The notes under the pieces were generated by a model, which saw only the letters and a list, made by a program, of their open reading frames with translations, was not told the DNA's origin and searched no databases. The position numbers were made by a program, and so were the translations under genes. Shown piece after piece: positions 14,652 to 24,290 of a stretch of DNA of 32,000 nucleotides (within the stretch, counting starts at the first letter, position 1; each line of letters begins with the position of its first letter). The DNA is from an uncultured Erysipelotrichaceae bacterium (GTDB lineage: Bacteria; Bacillota_I; Bacilli_A; Erysipelotrichales; Erysipelotrichaceae), in assembly GCA_942493105.1 (NCBI GenBank), contig OW818668.1, forward strand, positions 1,260,001 to 1,292,000. The letters are read 5' to 3'.

Positions 14652-16113
14652 ATTGGGTCATCTGATAATTCATGATGTAGTCTATTCTTGCTTTCAGGTC
14701 CGCTAATAAATTTTGATTTGGCCAAGAAACATAAAGTAATCGTTTGCTTCCCATGCTATAGGTAGGTTGATAATCATGTGTTCCGATCAATGCGGAGGTA
14801 CTGATGTTCCATGTTTGATTGTTTTCAATTTGAGCACTGACCAGACTTAAGACATTGTCTGTCGTTAGATTGGTGTCGATGCTATTGGAAGCTGCATTGA
14901 TGATGCTTTCAACTTTAAGAAGGGTAGAGGCATCGGTAAGTTTCTTAATCAGACCTTTAATGACTTCTTGCTGATTCAATCCTCGTTGTTCATCTCCGCC
15001 CGGAAAATTATGGCGTTCACGGGAGAAGAAAAGGGCTTGTTCTGCACTCATGATGTTCATGCCTTCTATAAACGAATATGATTTTGCATAGGATACATAT
15101 TTTGAAGTCGTGAAGGCATATTTTGAATACACTTCGATCTTGCCTACCGCATCTATGATTTTCATGAAAGATGTGAAGTTGATTTTGACATAATAGTTTA
15201 CTTTGAGTCCAAATAGGTTTTCAACAGTCTTGACTGTACAATCGACTCCGTAAACACCAGCATGGGTCAGTTTATCCATCTCAAAGGTTCGACAGCCTAA
15301 AGGTGTATAGGTGTCTCGTGGGATACTGATGGTCAAGACATTATGGGTCTTGGGATTGACAATGACCAAGATGTTGACATCGCTTCTGGCTTTTTCTGAT
15401 AAAGCTCCAGGTGTTCTGGAATCAACGCCACTGATCAGCACGATGAATGGATTTTTTGCTGTATCGAGCTTCATCGAATCAATCAGTTTTATGGTGTCTT
15501 TTTCCAGAGTAAGGATGGTTGTGGTTTTACTTTCAAAGTCTGGATCTTCTTCGATGATATAAGGCATCATACTTTTATCCAAGACCATGACATCGATCTT
15601 TTTTGTATACAATAAATTGAGATTGGTTAGATCATCATCACTGACTTGCCAAGTATAGTTGTCAATTTCTTCATTAAGGTACTCCTTTAGATAATTGGTG
15701 ATCGTATCTTCGGTCTGTGCCGTTGCGCCTAAGATTGCATTTTGCATCTCTTTGACATTGGTGATGCCGCTGTCTTTCAATACGACAAATCCAATAATGT
15801 TGGTTTCAACTTTTTCTTGGTTGAGCAATCTTTCTAAAGTATATTGGCTGTAAAATAGTGCGCTTGAACTGATAAACAATAATACTGACAAAGTGATCAG
15901 GAGTCCTTTTTTGAAGTTCAATAAGAAACTCAGTCCGAGAAGCATAAGAAGAGCCAGCTTGATCGTTAAGCTAATCCAATTCGGTAAGATCTGATTATAA
16001 AGAAGCCCTAAGAAAAGCAGAGCTGTCATACTGAAATAGAGTATTTGATATGGTAATTTTTGTTGTTTAGGCTTGATCATATGGTGCTGTTCCCCATGAG
16101 TGTTATACATCAT
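14650..16113 (-). CDS. LytR-CpsA-Psr (LCP) family glycopolymer-peptidoglycan ligase
   Basis: 487 aa. N-terminal TM segments, then ARSDVNILVIVNPKTHNVLTISIPRDTY...LTHAGVYG...ALFFSRERH, the core LCP motifs. Confidence 0.85.
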   Translation of the reverse strand: MMYNTHGEQHHMIKPKQQKLPYQILYFSMTALLFLGLLYNQILPNWISLTIKLALLMLLGLSFLLNFKKGLLITLSVLLFISSSALFYSQYTLERLLNQEKVETNIIGFVVLKDSGITNVKEMQNAILGATAQTEDTITNYLKEYLNEEIDNYTWQVSDDDLTNLNLLYTKKIDVMVLDKSMMPYIIEEDPDFESKTTTILTLEKDTIKLIDSMKLDTAKNPFIVLISGVDSRTPGALSEKARSDVNILVIVNPKTHNVLTISIPRDTYTPLGCRTFEMDKLTHAGVYGVDCTVKTVENLFGLKVNYYVKINFTSFMKIIDAVGKIEVYSKYAFTTSKYVSYAKSYSFIEGMNIMSAEQALFFSRERHNFPGGDEQRGLNQQEVIKGLIKKLTDASTLLKVESIINAASNSIDTNLTTDNVLSLVSAQIENNQTWNISTSALIGTHDYQPTYSMGSKRLLYVSWPNQNLLADLKARIDYIMNYQMTQ

Positions 16114-16282
16114 TTCATACGACTATGCAAACAAATACAGTTAAAATTCATTGGGAAACAACTCGTATAAATATTGAGGTAAAAATGTACATTGTTTTTG
16201 TATTACATTGTGTGCAAAAATCAAAGTTAACATAACTTTAACACAATTGTTAAAAATGAAATGAAAAAACTCGTCTTAAAGT

Positions 16283-16311
16283 CGTCACAGGCTTAAAAAA
16301 TTCTGTATAAT
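16283..16311 (+). promoter_or_regulatory. Candidate extended -10 promoter for the glycan operon
   Basis: TGTATAAT (16304-16311) lies about 40 nt upstream of the GTG 16352 start. The -35 is poor (CGTCAC). Confidence 0.4.
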
Positions 16312-16351
16312 ATGGACGTCAAATGTGATAATTTGATGAAATGAAGAGGGT

Positions 16352-16945
16352 GTGCTCGTGCTAAAGCTGTTTTATATCAAAGTTAAAAGATTTCTCGATA
16401 TCGTACTTTCAATAAGTATACTCGTGATTCTTTTCCCGATATTTTTAATGATTGGTGTACTGATTAAACTGGATTCTAAAGGCCCGTTGTTTTTTAGACA
16501 AATACGAATCGGATTAAATTCTGAACCTTTTACCATCTACAAATTTAGGACCATGTTTATTACAGCTCCCACCAACATCCCTACCCAAGAACTGGAAGAC
16601 CCACAGATGCATGTTACCAGGATGGGACGGTTTTTAAGAAAAAGCAGTTTGGATGAGCTGCCACAAATCTATAATATCCTGACCCACAGGATGACACTGA
16701 TTGGTCCCCGCCCAGTCATCCCTGAAGAAGTTGAATTGATCCAACGTCGCAAAGATCTGGGCATCGATCAAATCTTGCCTGGAATCACGGGTTGGGCTCA
16801 GATTAATGGCCGAGATGATCTGGACTACCTAGAAAAAGCAGAGTATGATTATGATTATTATAAAAATATGAGTTTGATCATGGACATCAAAATTATTTTT
16901 ATTACCGCGATCAAGATACTAAAACATGAGCATGTTAGCCATTAA
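16352..16945 (+). CDS. Small monotopic phosphoglycosyl transferase (Bac_transf, PglC/WbaP C-terminal type), initiating sugar-1-P transferase
   Basis: 197 aa. KRFLDIVLS...KGPLFFRQIRIG...FTIYKFRTM...LDELPQ...LIGPRP...GITGWAQI are the hallmark motifs. Confidence 0.85.
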   Translation: MLVLKLFYIKVKRFLDIVLSISILVILFPIFLMIGVLIKLDSKGPLFFRQIRIGLNSEPFTIYKFRTMFITAPTNIPTQELEDPQMHVTRMGRFLRKSSLDELPQIYNILTHRMTLIGPRPVIPEEVELIQRRKDLGIDQILPGITGWAQINGRDDLDYLEKAEYDYDYYKNMSLIMDIKIIFITAIKILKHEHVSH

Positions 16946-17021
16946 ACCTCATGCGACAGATTGTTGGATATCTGATTACTTATCGTTATTTGACGTTTAT
17001 TGAAAGCAAGAGGACCTTGGT

Positions 17022-18392
17022 TTGACCGAATTTAAAATATCCTTAAAGCAATTGAATCATCTTGAATGGATCTTACTGAGTCAACCGATCATCGATCTGT
17101 TGACTTCTTTACTGATGAACCAAAGCAATGCAATTGCTTCAATCGGAGTTATGAGCCGTATGCTGTTTCTGGTTTATTTTGCTTATGTGATCTTCATGAA
17201 GTCAGATGCAAAGCTGAGGAAGTTTTCAATAGGTTATTTAATTGCAGTCATTATTTTTGCCTTGCTTTCATTATGGATCAACTTTATCCATAAAGACTCC
17301 AGTGTCTTATTATCAGAAATCAAGAACTTCGCTAAGTTGTTTTATTTTCCAATCTTACTGATCGGCATCATGAATTTATCTTTCACAACTAAAATAAGAA
17401 ACTTATCTTGGATCCTAACAATCAATATGGCTGTTATCGCTGTTTTTATCGTTGTACCGACGCTTTTTAAGGTAAACCTAGCCAGTTACCCTACTGGTAA
17501 GTTTGGGTCCGTAGGATGGTTCTATTCGCCCAATGAGTTAAGTGCGATTACGACCATCATCTTGCCATATGTCATCTATGAACTGTTGCGTCGATTCAAA
17601 CTTCAGATAGCTTTGATTGGGATCGTTTCGATCATGATCAGTATGTTGATGCTTGGGACCAAGGTTCCATTGATCGGGATCATATTGATTACTTTTTTGA
17701 TGATTCTTCCAAAACTTAAATTTTTCTTTAAAAACATCGATCTCATAAAAATCAAAGAACTGACCCATTTCGGTTTTGCGTTTGTGATCGTGTTGAGTTT
17801 TGCAATCTTGACTCAAGTCGGAAACCTTAAAACACAAAGCCAATGGATAGATCAAGTCTATGAAGACAACATACATTCAGAACCACATGCGGGAGATAAT
17901 GTCGATCCAAGTTTAGATCTGTATAGGCAACTTGACAGTCGTGTCGTTAAAGTCATCAATCTTATTTTCAGCAGTCGTGATCGATATGTATTGGCCATGG
18001 GTTCAATCATGAATGATGCGCAGATCGATCGAAAACTGATGGGTTTAGGCATCACGGATTATGCCGATGTTTATAAATTCGGAAGCAATAATATCGTAGA
18101 AATGGATTTCATGGATGTTTTCTTTATGTATGGGTTTTTTGGTTTCATCCTTTATTTCGTTCCTTTGGTGTTTCTGTTTCGAAAATTCAAAGTTCACTTA
18201 AAAGAAAATTTAAAGAGAGCCTTTAAAGACGAACGTCACATGATTAATGTCTTGGCGCTCAGCCTGATCGCAGGCATATCTTTATTCAGCGGTCATGTCT
18301 TAAGTGCTCCCTCCGTCAGTATCTATGTCGGATTCATTCTCGTCGACATTCTAAACAAAGGACAATCTCATGAATCAACTTCCAAAAACTGA
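17022..18392 (+). CDS. O-antigen ligase/polymerase-like polytopic membrane protein (WaaL/Wzy superfamily)
   Basis: 456 aa with more than 10 predicted TM segments and a large loop (residues ~270-345), as in the O-antigen-ligase-like membrane proteins of Firmicute glycan loci. TTG start after AGAGGA. Confidence 0.55.
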   Translation: MTEFKISLKQLNHLEWILLSQPIIDLLTSLLMNQSNAIASIGVMSRMLFLVYFAYVIFMKSDAKLRKFSIGYLIAVIIFALLSLWINFIHKDSSVLLSEIKNFAKLFYFPILLIGIMNLSFTTKIRNLSWILTINMAVIAVFIVVPTLFKVNLASYPTGKFGSVGWFYSPNELSAITTIILPYVIYELLRRFKLQIALIGIVSIMISMLMLGTKVPLIGIILITFLMILPKLKFFFKNIDLIKIKELTHFGFAFVIVLSFAILTQVGNLKTQSQWIDQVYEDNIHSEPHAGDNVDPSLDLYRQLDSRVVKVINLIFSSRDRYVLAMGSIMNDAQIDRKLMGLGITDYADVYKFGSNNIVEMDFMDVFFMYGFFGFILYFVPLVFLFRKFKVHLKENLKRAFKDERHMINVLALSLIAGISLFSGHVLSAPSVSIYVGFILVDILNKGQSHESTSKN

Positions 18393-19113
18393 AAAGATAC
18401 TTGGTGTTCAAACCAATGTCTTGACTCAAGCATCCTTGATTGAGGCACTGGATAAAGACATCCAAAACAACACAAAACGAAGACTCGTCGCAATCAATCC
18501 GGAAAAAATCATGAAGTGCAGGAAAGATCCAAAACTGAAAGCGATGCTGAATACATTTGATTATCGCATCGCTGATGGGATCGGGATCATATTGGCTTCT
18601 CGTCTGCATCACGGACAGATCAAAGAACGGATCACCGGCATTGATACGATGACAGCTTTATGTCAATTGGCTCATGAAAAAGGATATGGTATCTTTATGT
18701 ATGGCTCTGCTGAATCTGTCTTAGTCCAGGCAAAAATGAAGCTGAGTGAGACATTCCCGAACCTTAAGATCTGTGGCATCATGGATGGTTATCAACCTGA
18801 TCAAGGGGCCATCATCAAAGGCATCAATGAAACCAAACCAGATATTTTGTTTGTCGCTTTAGGGTCTCCTAAACAAGAGTATTGGATCAATGATCATTAT
18901 GAAGGTCTCAATGCAAAAATATTCATGGGTGTTGGGGGTTCATTTGACGTGCTCAGTGAAAAGATCGATCGGGCACCTGAAAAATATAGAAAAGCGGGGC
19001 TGGAGTGGTTTTATCGGCTACTCAAAGAACCTAAACGCATTTTTAGACAATCCAGTTTAGTCGTGTTTGCGGTTTTGGCGCTGACGCATTGGGGATCAAA
19101 CTATGAAAAATAG
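18370..19113 (+). CDS. WecB/TagA/CpsF-family glycosyltransferase (TagA/WecG-like ManNAc or ManNAcA transferase)
   Basis: 247 aa. VAINPEKIM, IADGIGI, FMYGS, ALGSPKQEYW, GVGGSFD and RAPEKYRKAGLEWFYRLLKEPKR are the canonical GT26 motifs. Confidence 0.85.
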   Translation: MNQLPKTEKILGVQTNVLTQASLIEALDKDIQNNTKRRLVAINPEKIMKCRKDPKLKAMLNTFDYRIADGIGIILASRLHHGQIKERITGIDTMTALCQLAHEKGYGIFMYGSAESVLVQAKMKLSETFPNLKICGIMDGYQPDQGAIIKGINETKPDILFVALGSPKQEYWINDHYEGLNAKIFMGVGGSFDVLSEKIDRAPEKYRKAGLEWFYRLLKEPKRIFRQSSLVVFAVLALTHWGSNYEK

Positions 19114-19143
19114 AGCAATCTTTCATCTTGATGGAGATTTAAA

Positions 19144-20298
19144 GTGACACCTCAAAACCGTTACTTGGTCATTGTTCCTGGCTATCCAAGCGACAAACAT
19201 CGATACAACAATGCCTTTGTCCACAGTAGGGTCAAAGCTTACAAACAAGAAGGTATCCTTGTCGATGTCTTTTCAGTCGATCAGCTTGGCAGCTCCTATG
19301 AATTCGATGGGGTAAACGTTACAGTTGGATCGCTGAAACAGCTGAAAGAACAGCTGATGAGCCAGCAATATACCAAACTATTGGTCCATTTTGCCTTAAG
19401 CAAGATTATGAAAATTATCTTGGAAACCAATCCAAATGCTCAAATGATCATATGGGTCCATGGTTATGAAGCCTTGCATTGGAAACGCAGGATTGGATTC
19501 TTTGAACTTAAGACGTGGCACAGAATGATCGGATATGTCCTGATCAATCACAGACAACTATCCTACCTTAATAAATTGATCAAATCTTCCCCACAAAACA
19601 TCACCCTCGTATTCGTATCGAAATGGATGAGGGATGTATTCATTAGCGATACCCGATCTACTGGCCGCTTGATAAAAGGGGTCATCATACCCAACAGCAT
19701 CGATACCGAAAATTTTGTTTACATACCCAAATCAGCTGATCAAAGACTTCAAGTCTTAAGCATTCGGCCTTACAGTTCGAAAAAATACGCAAATGATTTA
19801 TCCATCGATACTGTCCTTGAATTGTCCAAACGACCTCATTTCAATCAATATCATTTTACGTTCTACGGTGACGGCAGATTATTCAAATCTTTGACCGATA
19901 AGATCAAGCATTTTGATAATGTTGAAATCCATCGCCAATTTCTTTCTCATCCGCAAATCATCCAACTCCATCAAAAAAACGGCATCATGTTGATTCCCAC
20001 ACGTCAAGATTCTCAAGGAGTTTCTATGGGTGAAGCCATGAGTAGCGGTTTAGTACCCATCGCCTCCAACAATACAGCCATTCCTGAATTTTTAGATTCA
20101 AGTTCAGGTTTTTTAACCAATAATTCGAAAGAAATGGCAGATGCGATCGAATCCTTGGCTCAAGATCCAGAATTATTTTTGAGAATGAGTCAAGCTGCTG
20201 CACAGCGCGTCAGGGTTCAATGCGCTCAAGATGTGGTCATTCAACAAGAAATAGATTTGATCCGTGATCGTTTTGTGATCGAATCGAGAACCCTTTAA
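19144..20298 (+). CDS. Glycosyltransferase family 4 (GT-B, retaining type)
   Basis: 384 aa. The C-terminal RQDSQGVSMGEAMSSGLVPIASNNTAIPEFL is the E-x7-E region. GTG start after GGAG. Confidence 0.75.
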   Translation: MTPQNRYLVIVPGYPSDKHRYNNAFVHSRVKAYKQEGILVDVFSVDQLGSSYEFDGVNVTVGSLKQLKEQLMSQQYTKLLVHFALSKIMKIILETNPNAQMIIWVHGYEALHWKRRIGFFELKTWHRMIGYVLINHRQLSYLNKLIKSSPQNITLVFVSKWMRDVFISDTRSTGRLIKGVIIPNSIDTENFVYIPKSADQRLQVLSIRPYSSKKYANDLSIDTVLELSKRPHFNQYHFTFYGDGRLFKSLTDKIKHFDNVEIHRQFLSHPQIIQLHQKNGIMLIPTRQDSQGVSMGEAMSSGLVPIASNNTAIPEFLDSSSGFLTNNSKEMADAIESLAQDPELFLRMSQAAAQRVRVQCAQDVVIQQEIDLIRDRFVIESRTL

Positions 20299-20299
20299 T

Positions 20300-21823
20300 A
20301 TGAAAAGCAAAAACAGCATCAAGAATTTCATCAGCAGTTACTTCATTTACTTCATCCTGGTTTTATTGGGAATTTATAAAGTTAGGATCTTTTTAGGTCA
20401 CTTAGGTCAGGAACTGTATGCTTTAAATCAGCTCTATATCAATTTATACTCATATTTGGCGGTAGCGGAAGGCGGGATCGGGATGGCCCTGATTTATCGA
20501 CTCTATCCAAAATTCGCAGCCAAGCAAACAGATCAAATCAATGCCCTTTATTCGGGCACAAAAATTATTTACCGATACATCGGCTTATTTGTCTTGGCAG
20601 CAGGTTTCATCTTCACTTTCTTTATCCCATCACTACTTAAAGACAACACGATGTCGCATGCCTACATAAGTTTGACCTTCATGATGTTTGTCGTCAGAAG
20701 TGCTTTGGATTATTTCGCAGTCGTCCCACGTTTGATCATCCAAGCCGATCAAAAGATGTATAAAGTCAATCTTATGATCTTTGGTAGCCGATTTTTTATC
20801 ATCATTGCTGAAATTGCCCTGATCATGGCTGGATATGACTATGCTTATTCTTTGATTCCAGGAATTGTTTTAACAGTCTTGGTCAATCTCATCATCAATC
20901 GTTTCATCAAGAAAACCTATCCTTGGTTGAAAACTGTTGCCCACAAAGACTTCAGCAGTTTCAATGACACCAAACATCTGTTGCTTCATAAAGGTTTGAC
21001 GCTGATCACCCGTAACATCGACATCGTCTTGATCACCTACTTCTTAGGAAGCCTTTCAGTGACCATCTATGCGGCCTACAACTATTTCGTTAAGTTTGCC
21101 TTAGACAGCTTTGAACACATCTTCAATGCGGTCAAAGACGGTATGGGCATGGTTTTCCAAGAGGATTCAAAAAATAAAGTTGGTATCCTAGAAGAATACT
21201 TCAGCATCTTCAATTTCATCTCTATCTTTGGGATGACCTTGTTTTATCTGAATATCAATAAATTCATCACCTTGTGGATTGGATCTGAATACGTGACCGA
21301 TTCGACAACGCAGCTCCTATTTTTAGTATTGGTCTATGTGAGCACCTTAAGACAATCCTATGAGCTCACAAAGACTGCCCTGGGTCGATTCAAAGAAACC
21401 AAATTGATTGCCACGATCCAAGCCATTTTAAACATTACCTTATCTTTGATTTTCGTTAAGCTATTTGGTATGAAAGGGGTATTACTAGGAACCATCTTCT
21501 CATTCTTATTGACTGATTTCTGGTATTATCCAAACTACCTATACACAAAGGTATTAAAGATTAAGCGTTGGACGTATTATCGAGATCAGGGATTGAATCT
21601 GTTGATTCTGGTGTTTGTTTTATGGACATCATCGACAGGTTTATCGATGATCTTTAAACCACAAGTGTTCACCTTTGTGAGTTGGATGGTCTATGCGATC
21701 TGTTCACTCTTGATCGCAGGTCTTTTGACCAGTGGGGTGTCGGCACTGATCTTTGCGCCTTTCAGACGACTTTTCATCAAAACCGTCAAGGTCATGATGC
21801 CTAAACACAAACCAAGTATTTGA
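20300..21823 (+). CDS. wzx: Wzx-type polysaccharide flippase (MOP superfamily)
   Basis: 507 aa with about 14 TM segments. Its position and architecture are typical of oligosaccharide-unit flippases. Confidence 0.7.
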   Translation: MKSKNSIKNFISSYFIYFILVLLGIYKVRIFLGHLGQELYALNQLYINLYSYLAVAEGGIGMALIYRLYPKFAAKQTDQINALYSGTKIIYRYIGLFVLAAGFIFTFFIPSLLKDNTMSHAYISLTFMMFVVRSALDYFAVVPRLIIQADQKMYKVNLMIFGSRFFIIIAEIALIMAGYDYAYSLIPGIVLTVLVNLIINRFIKKTYPWLKTVAHKDFSSFNDTKHLLLHKGLTLITRNIDIVLITYFLGSLSVTIYAAYNYFVKFALDSFEHIFNAVKDGMGMVFQEDSKNKVGILEEYFSIFNFISIFGMTLFYLNINKFITLWIGSEYVTDSTTQLLFLVLVYVSTLRQSYELTKTALGRFKETKLIATIQAILNITLSLIFVKLFGMKGVLLGTIFSFLLTDFWYYPNYLYTKVLKIKRWTYYRDQGLNLLILVFVLWTSSTGLSMIFKPQVFTFVSWMVYAICSLLIAGLLTSGVSALIFAPFRRLFIKTVKVMMPKHKPSI

Positions 21824-21972
21824 TCAAATTCAAAGGAATCTTTGACTCAAAATGATCTTAAATGGTAAATAATCAAAGTTTGTCAGTAATGACAGTCCTT
21901 GGAAGATTAGGGTCACTGTCTGATGTGTGGTAAAATCAATTCAGCAGATATGGTTGAATGAAGGAGAAATTT

Positions 21973-23193
21973 ATGGTAAATGTAATTGGTCTAGGGTATA
22001 TCGGATTGCCCACAGCACTCATGTTGGCAGCTCATGGAATCGAGGTCGTTGGAACCGACTACAGTGAAAAAGTCGTCCGTTCACTCAATGAAGGCAAAGT
22101 TCCATTTGAAGAAAAAGGCATCCAAGAGCTTTTTAAATCTGCTACGCAAAAAGGCATCCGCTTTACAACAGAGTATCAATCCTCCGATGTATACATCATT
22201 GCTGTACCTACACCGTTTTTAAAACTCAATAAAAAACTGGATCCAGTCTATGTCATCAATGCGGTCAAAAATGTTTTAGATCATTGTCCAAAAGGTGCCA
22301 TCCTTATCATTGAATCGACCATTTCACCTGGAACCATCGATAAAAGCATACGTCCGATCCTCATTGAAAGAGGTTTGATCAGTGGCAAAGATGTCCATTT
22401 GGTCCATGCTCCAGAACGCATCATCCCCGGCAATATGATCTATGAATTGTTGCACAATTCAAGAACCATCGGATGTGATGACCATTTGATCGGTGAAGAA
22501 GTCAAAACGATCTATACATCCTTTTGTAAAGGTGAGATCGTTTTAACCAGCATCAAAACTGCAGAAATGACCAAAGTCGTAGAAAATACTTTTAGAGACA
22601 TCAATATCGCTTTTGCCAATGAGTTGGCGAAGATTTGCAGGATCGATGGGATGGATGTCTATGAGATCATCAAGATCGCCAACATGCATCCACGAGTCAA
22701 TATCCTTCAGCCCGGTCCTGGTGTCGGTGGACACTGTATCTCGGTTGATCCTTGGTTCTTGGTTGGAGATTATCCGGGTTTGGCCAACATCATATTGGCT
22801 GCTCGTAAAATCAATGACTCCATGCCTGAATTCGTTCTAGAAAGAACCCACAACATCATGCGTCAACACAAGATCCATGATTTCTCTAGGGTAGGGGTCT
22901 ATGGCCTTACCTATAAAGAAAATGTCGATGATGTTCGTGAAAGCCCTACTTTACAACTATTTGAAGCTATGAATAAGCATTTGGCACCCAGTTTAAAATG
23001 TTATGACCCTTATATAAAAACGGATATCGTTGAGCACCAGTACCATGATTTGGATGCTTTCTTAAAAGATGTCGATGTGGTCATCGTGATGGTGGCTCAT
23101 CAAGAGATTATTCGTCATATGGATAAACTAAAAGGCAAGATCGTTTTTGATACCAAGAATGTCTGTCCTTTTGAAAGTGCCTATAAATTATAA
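21973..23193 (+). CDS. wecC: UDP-N-acetyl-D-mannosamine 6-dehydrogenase (WecC/Cap5O type)
   Basis: VNVIGLGYIGLPTALMLA (NAD fold), ERIIPG and GPGVGGHCISVDPWF (catalytic Cys). ATG 21973 follows AAGGAG. The track start 21958 lies inside the RBS. Confidence 0.85.
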   Translation: MVNVIGLGYIGLPTALMLAAHGIEVVGTDYSEKVVRSLNEGKVPFEEKGIQELFKSATQKGIRFTTEYQSSDVYIIAVPTPFLKLNKKLDPVYVINAVKNVLDHCPKGAILIIESTISPGTIDKSIRPILIERGLISGKDVHLVHAPERIIPGNMIYELLHNSRTIGCDDHLIGEEVKTIYTSFCKGEIVLTSIKTAEMTKVVENTFRDINIAFANELAKICRIDGMDVYEIIKIANMHPRVNILQPGPGVGGHCISVDPWFLVGDYPGLANIILAARKINDSMPEFVLERTHNIMRQHKIHDFSRVGVYGLTYKENVDDVRESPTLQLFEAMNKHLAPSLKCYDPYIKTDIVEHQYHDLDAFLKDVDVVIVMVAHQEIIRHMDKLKGKIVFDTKNVCPFESAYKL

Positions 23194-23195
23194 CC

Positions 23196-24290
23196 ATGAA
23201 AAAGATCATGCTTGTGTTTGGAACACGTCCTGAAGCAATAAAGATGTGTCCATTGGTTAAAGAACTGAAGTCTCGACCATATTTTCATACGGTTGTATGT
23301 GTAAGTGGTCAGCATCGCGAAATGCTAGATCAGGTCTTGTCGGTATTTGAAGTGATTCCTGATTATGATTTATCGATCATGCAAGATAATCAAACGCTGT
23401 TTGACGTGACCAATCGTATTCTATCTAAAATCAAAGATGTTTTGATATTAGAAAAACCAGATGTCGTATTGGTTCATGGGGACACGTCTACAACCTTTGT
23501 GACAGCTTTGGCATGTTTCTACCTGCAGATCCCTGTTGGCCACGTAGAAGCCGGTTTAAGGACCCACAACATCTATTCACCATTCCCTGAGGAATTCAAT
23601 AGACAGGCCGTCGGACTTATTGCCCGTTATCATTTTGCCCCAACAGAAAGCGCAAAACTTAATTTAGTTCAGGAAGGAAAAGATCCTTCGCGTATATATG
23701 TGACAGGCAACACAGCCATTGATGCACTTAAAATAACTGTCAGAGCTGAGTACACCAATGATGAGTTAAAATGGGCAGCTGATAGTCGTTTGATCATGAT
23801 CACAGCTCATCGAAGAGAAAATTTGGGTGAACCGATGCGCAATATGTTTAAAGCCATCTTAAGGATCGTGGAAGAGTTTCCAGATATTAAGGTGGTATAT
23901 CCCATTCATATGAATCCAACAGTCAGGAATATTGCTGAAGAGGTTTTATCCAAATCTGATCGAATTCATCTTATTGAACCAATGGAAGTGATTGATTTTC
24001 ATAATATGTTGGCTCAGTCGTACCTGATTTTGACTGATAGTGGCGGAATACAAGAAGAAGCCCCCAGTTTAGGTAAACCAGTCTTGGTCATGCGGGACAC
24101 TACAGAACGTCCTGAGGGCATAGAAGCAGGTACTTTACGTTTGGTTGGCACAGATGAACAAACCATCTATATGAACTTCAAGCAGCTCCTAAGCGATGAG
24201 AATGAATATATGATCATGAGTAAAGCTAGTAATCCTTATGGGGACGGAACTGCTTGTAAACAAATTTCCGATATTTTAGAAATGGAATAA
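23196..24290 (+). CDS. wecB: UDP-N-acetylglucosamine 2-epimerase, non-hydrolysing (WecB/MnaA/Cap5P type)
   Basis: 364 aa. FGTRPEAIKM, HGDTSTT, HVEAGLRT, AHRREN and TDSGGIQEEAPSLGKPVLVMRDTTERPE. Confidence 0.9.
   Translation: MKKIMLVFGTRPEAIKMCPLVKELKSRPYFHTVVCVSGQHREMLDQVLSVFEVIPDYDLSIMQDNQTLFDVTNRILSKIKDVLILEKPDVVLVHGDTSTTFVTALACFYLQIPVGHVEAGLRTHNIYSPFPEEFNRQAVGLIARYHFAPTESAKLNLVQEGKDPSRIYVTGNTAIDALKITVRAEYTNDELKWAADSRLIMITAHRRENLGEPMRNMFKAILRIVEEFPDIKVVYPIHMNPTVRNIAEEVLSKSDRIHLIEPMEVIDFHNMLAQSYLILTDSGGIQEEAPSLGKPVLVMRDTTERPEGIEAGTLRLVGTDEQTIYMNFKQLLSDENEYMIMSKASNPYGDGTACKQISDILEME

Noticed and set aside
16223-16239. An inverted repeat AAAGTTA-aca-TAACTTT, with a nearby duplicated TACATTGT, in the LCP/PGT divergent promoter region as a regulator operator.
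   Set aside because: A 7-bp AT-only palindrome in a ~25% GC intergenic region is expected by chance. No regulator gene is adjacent. It is not supportable without conservation data.
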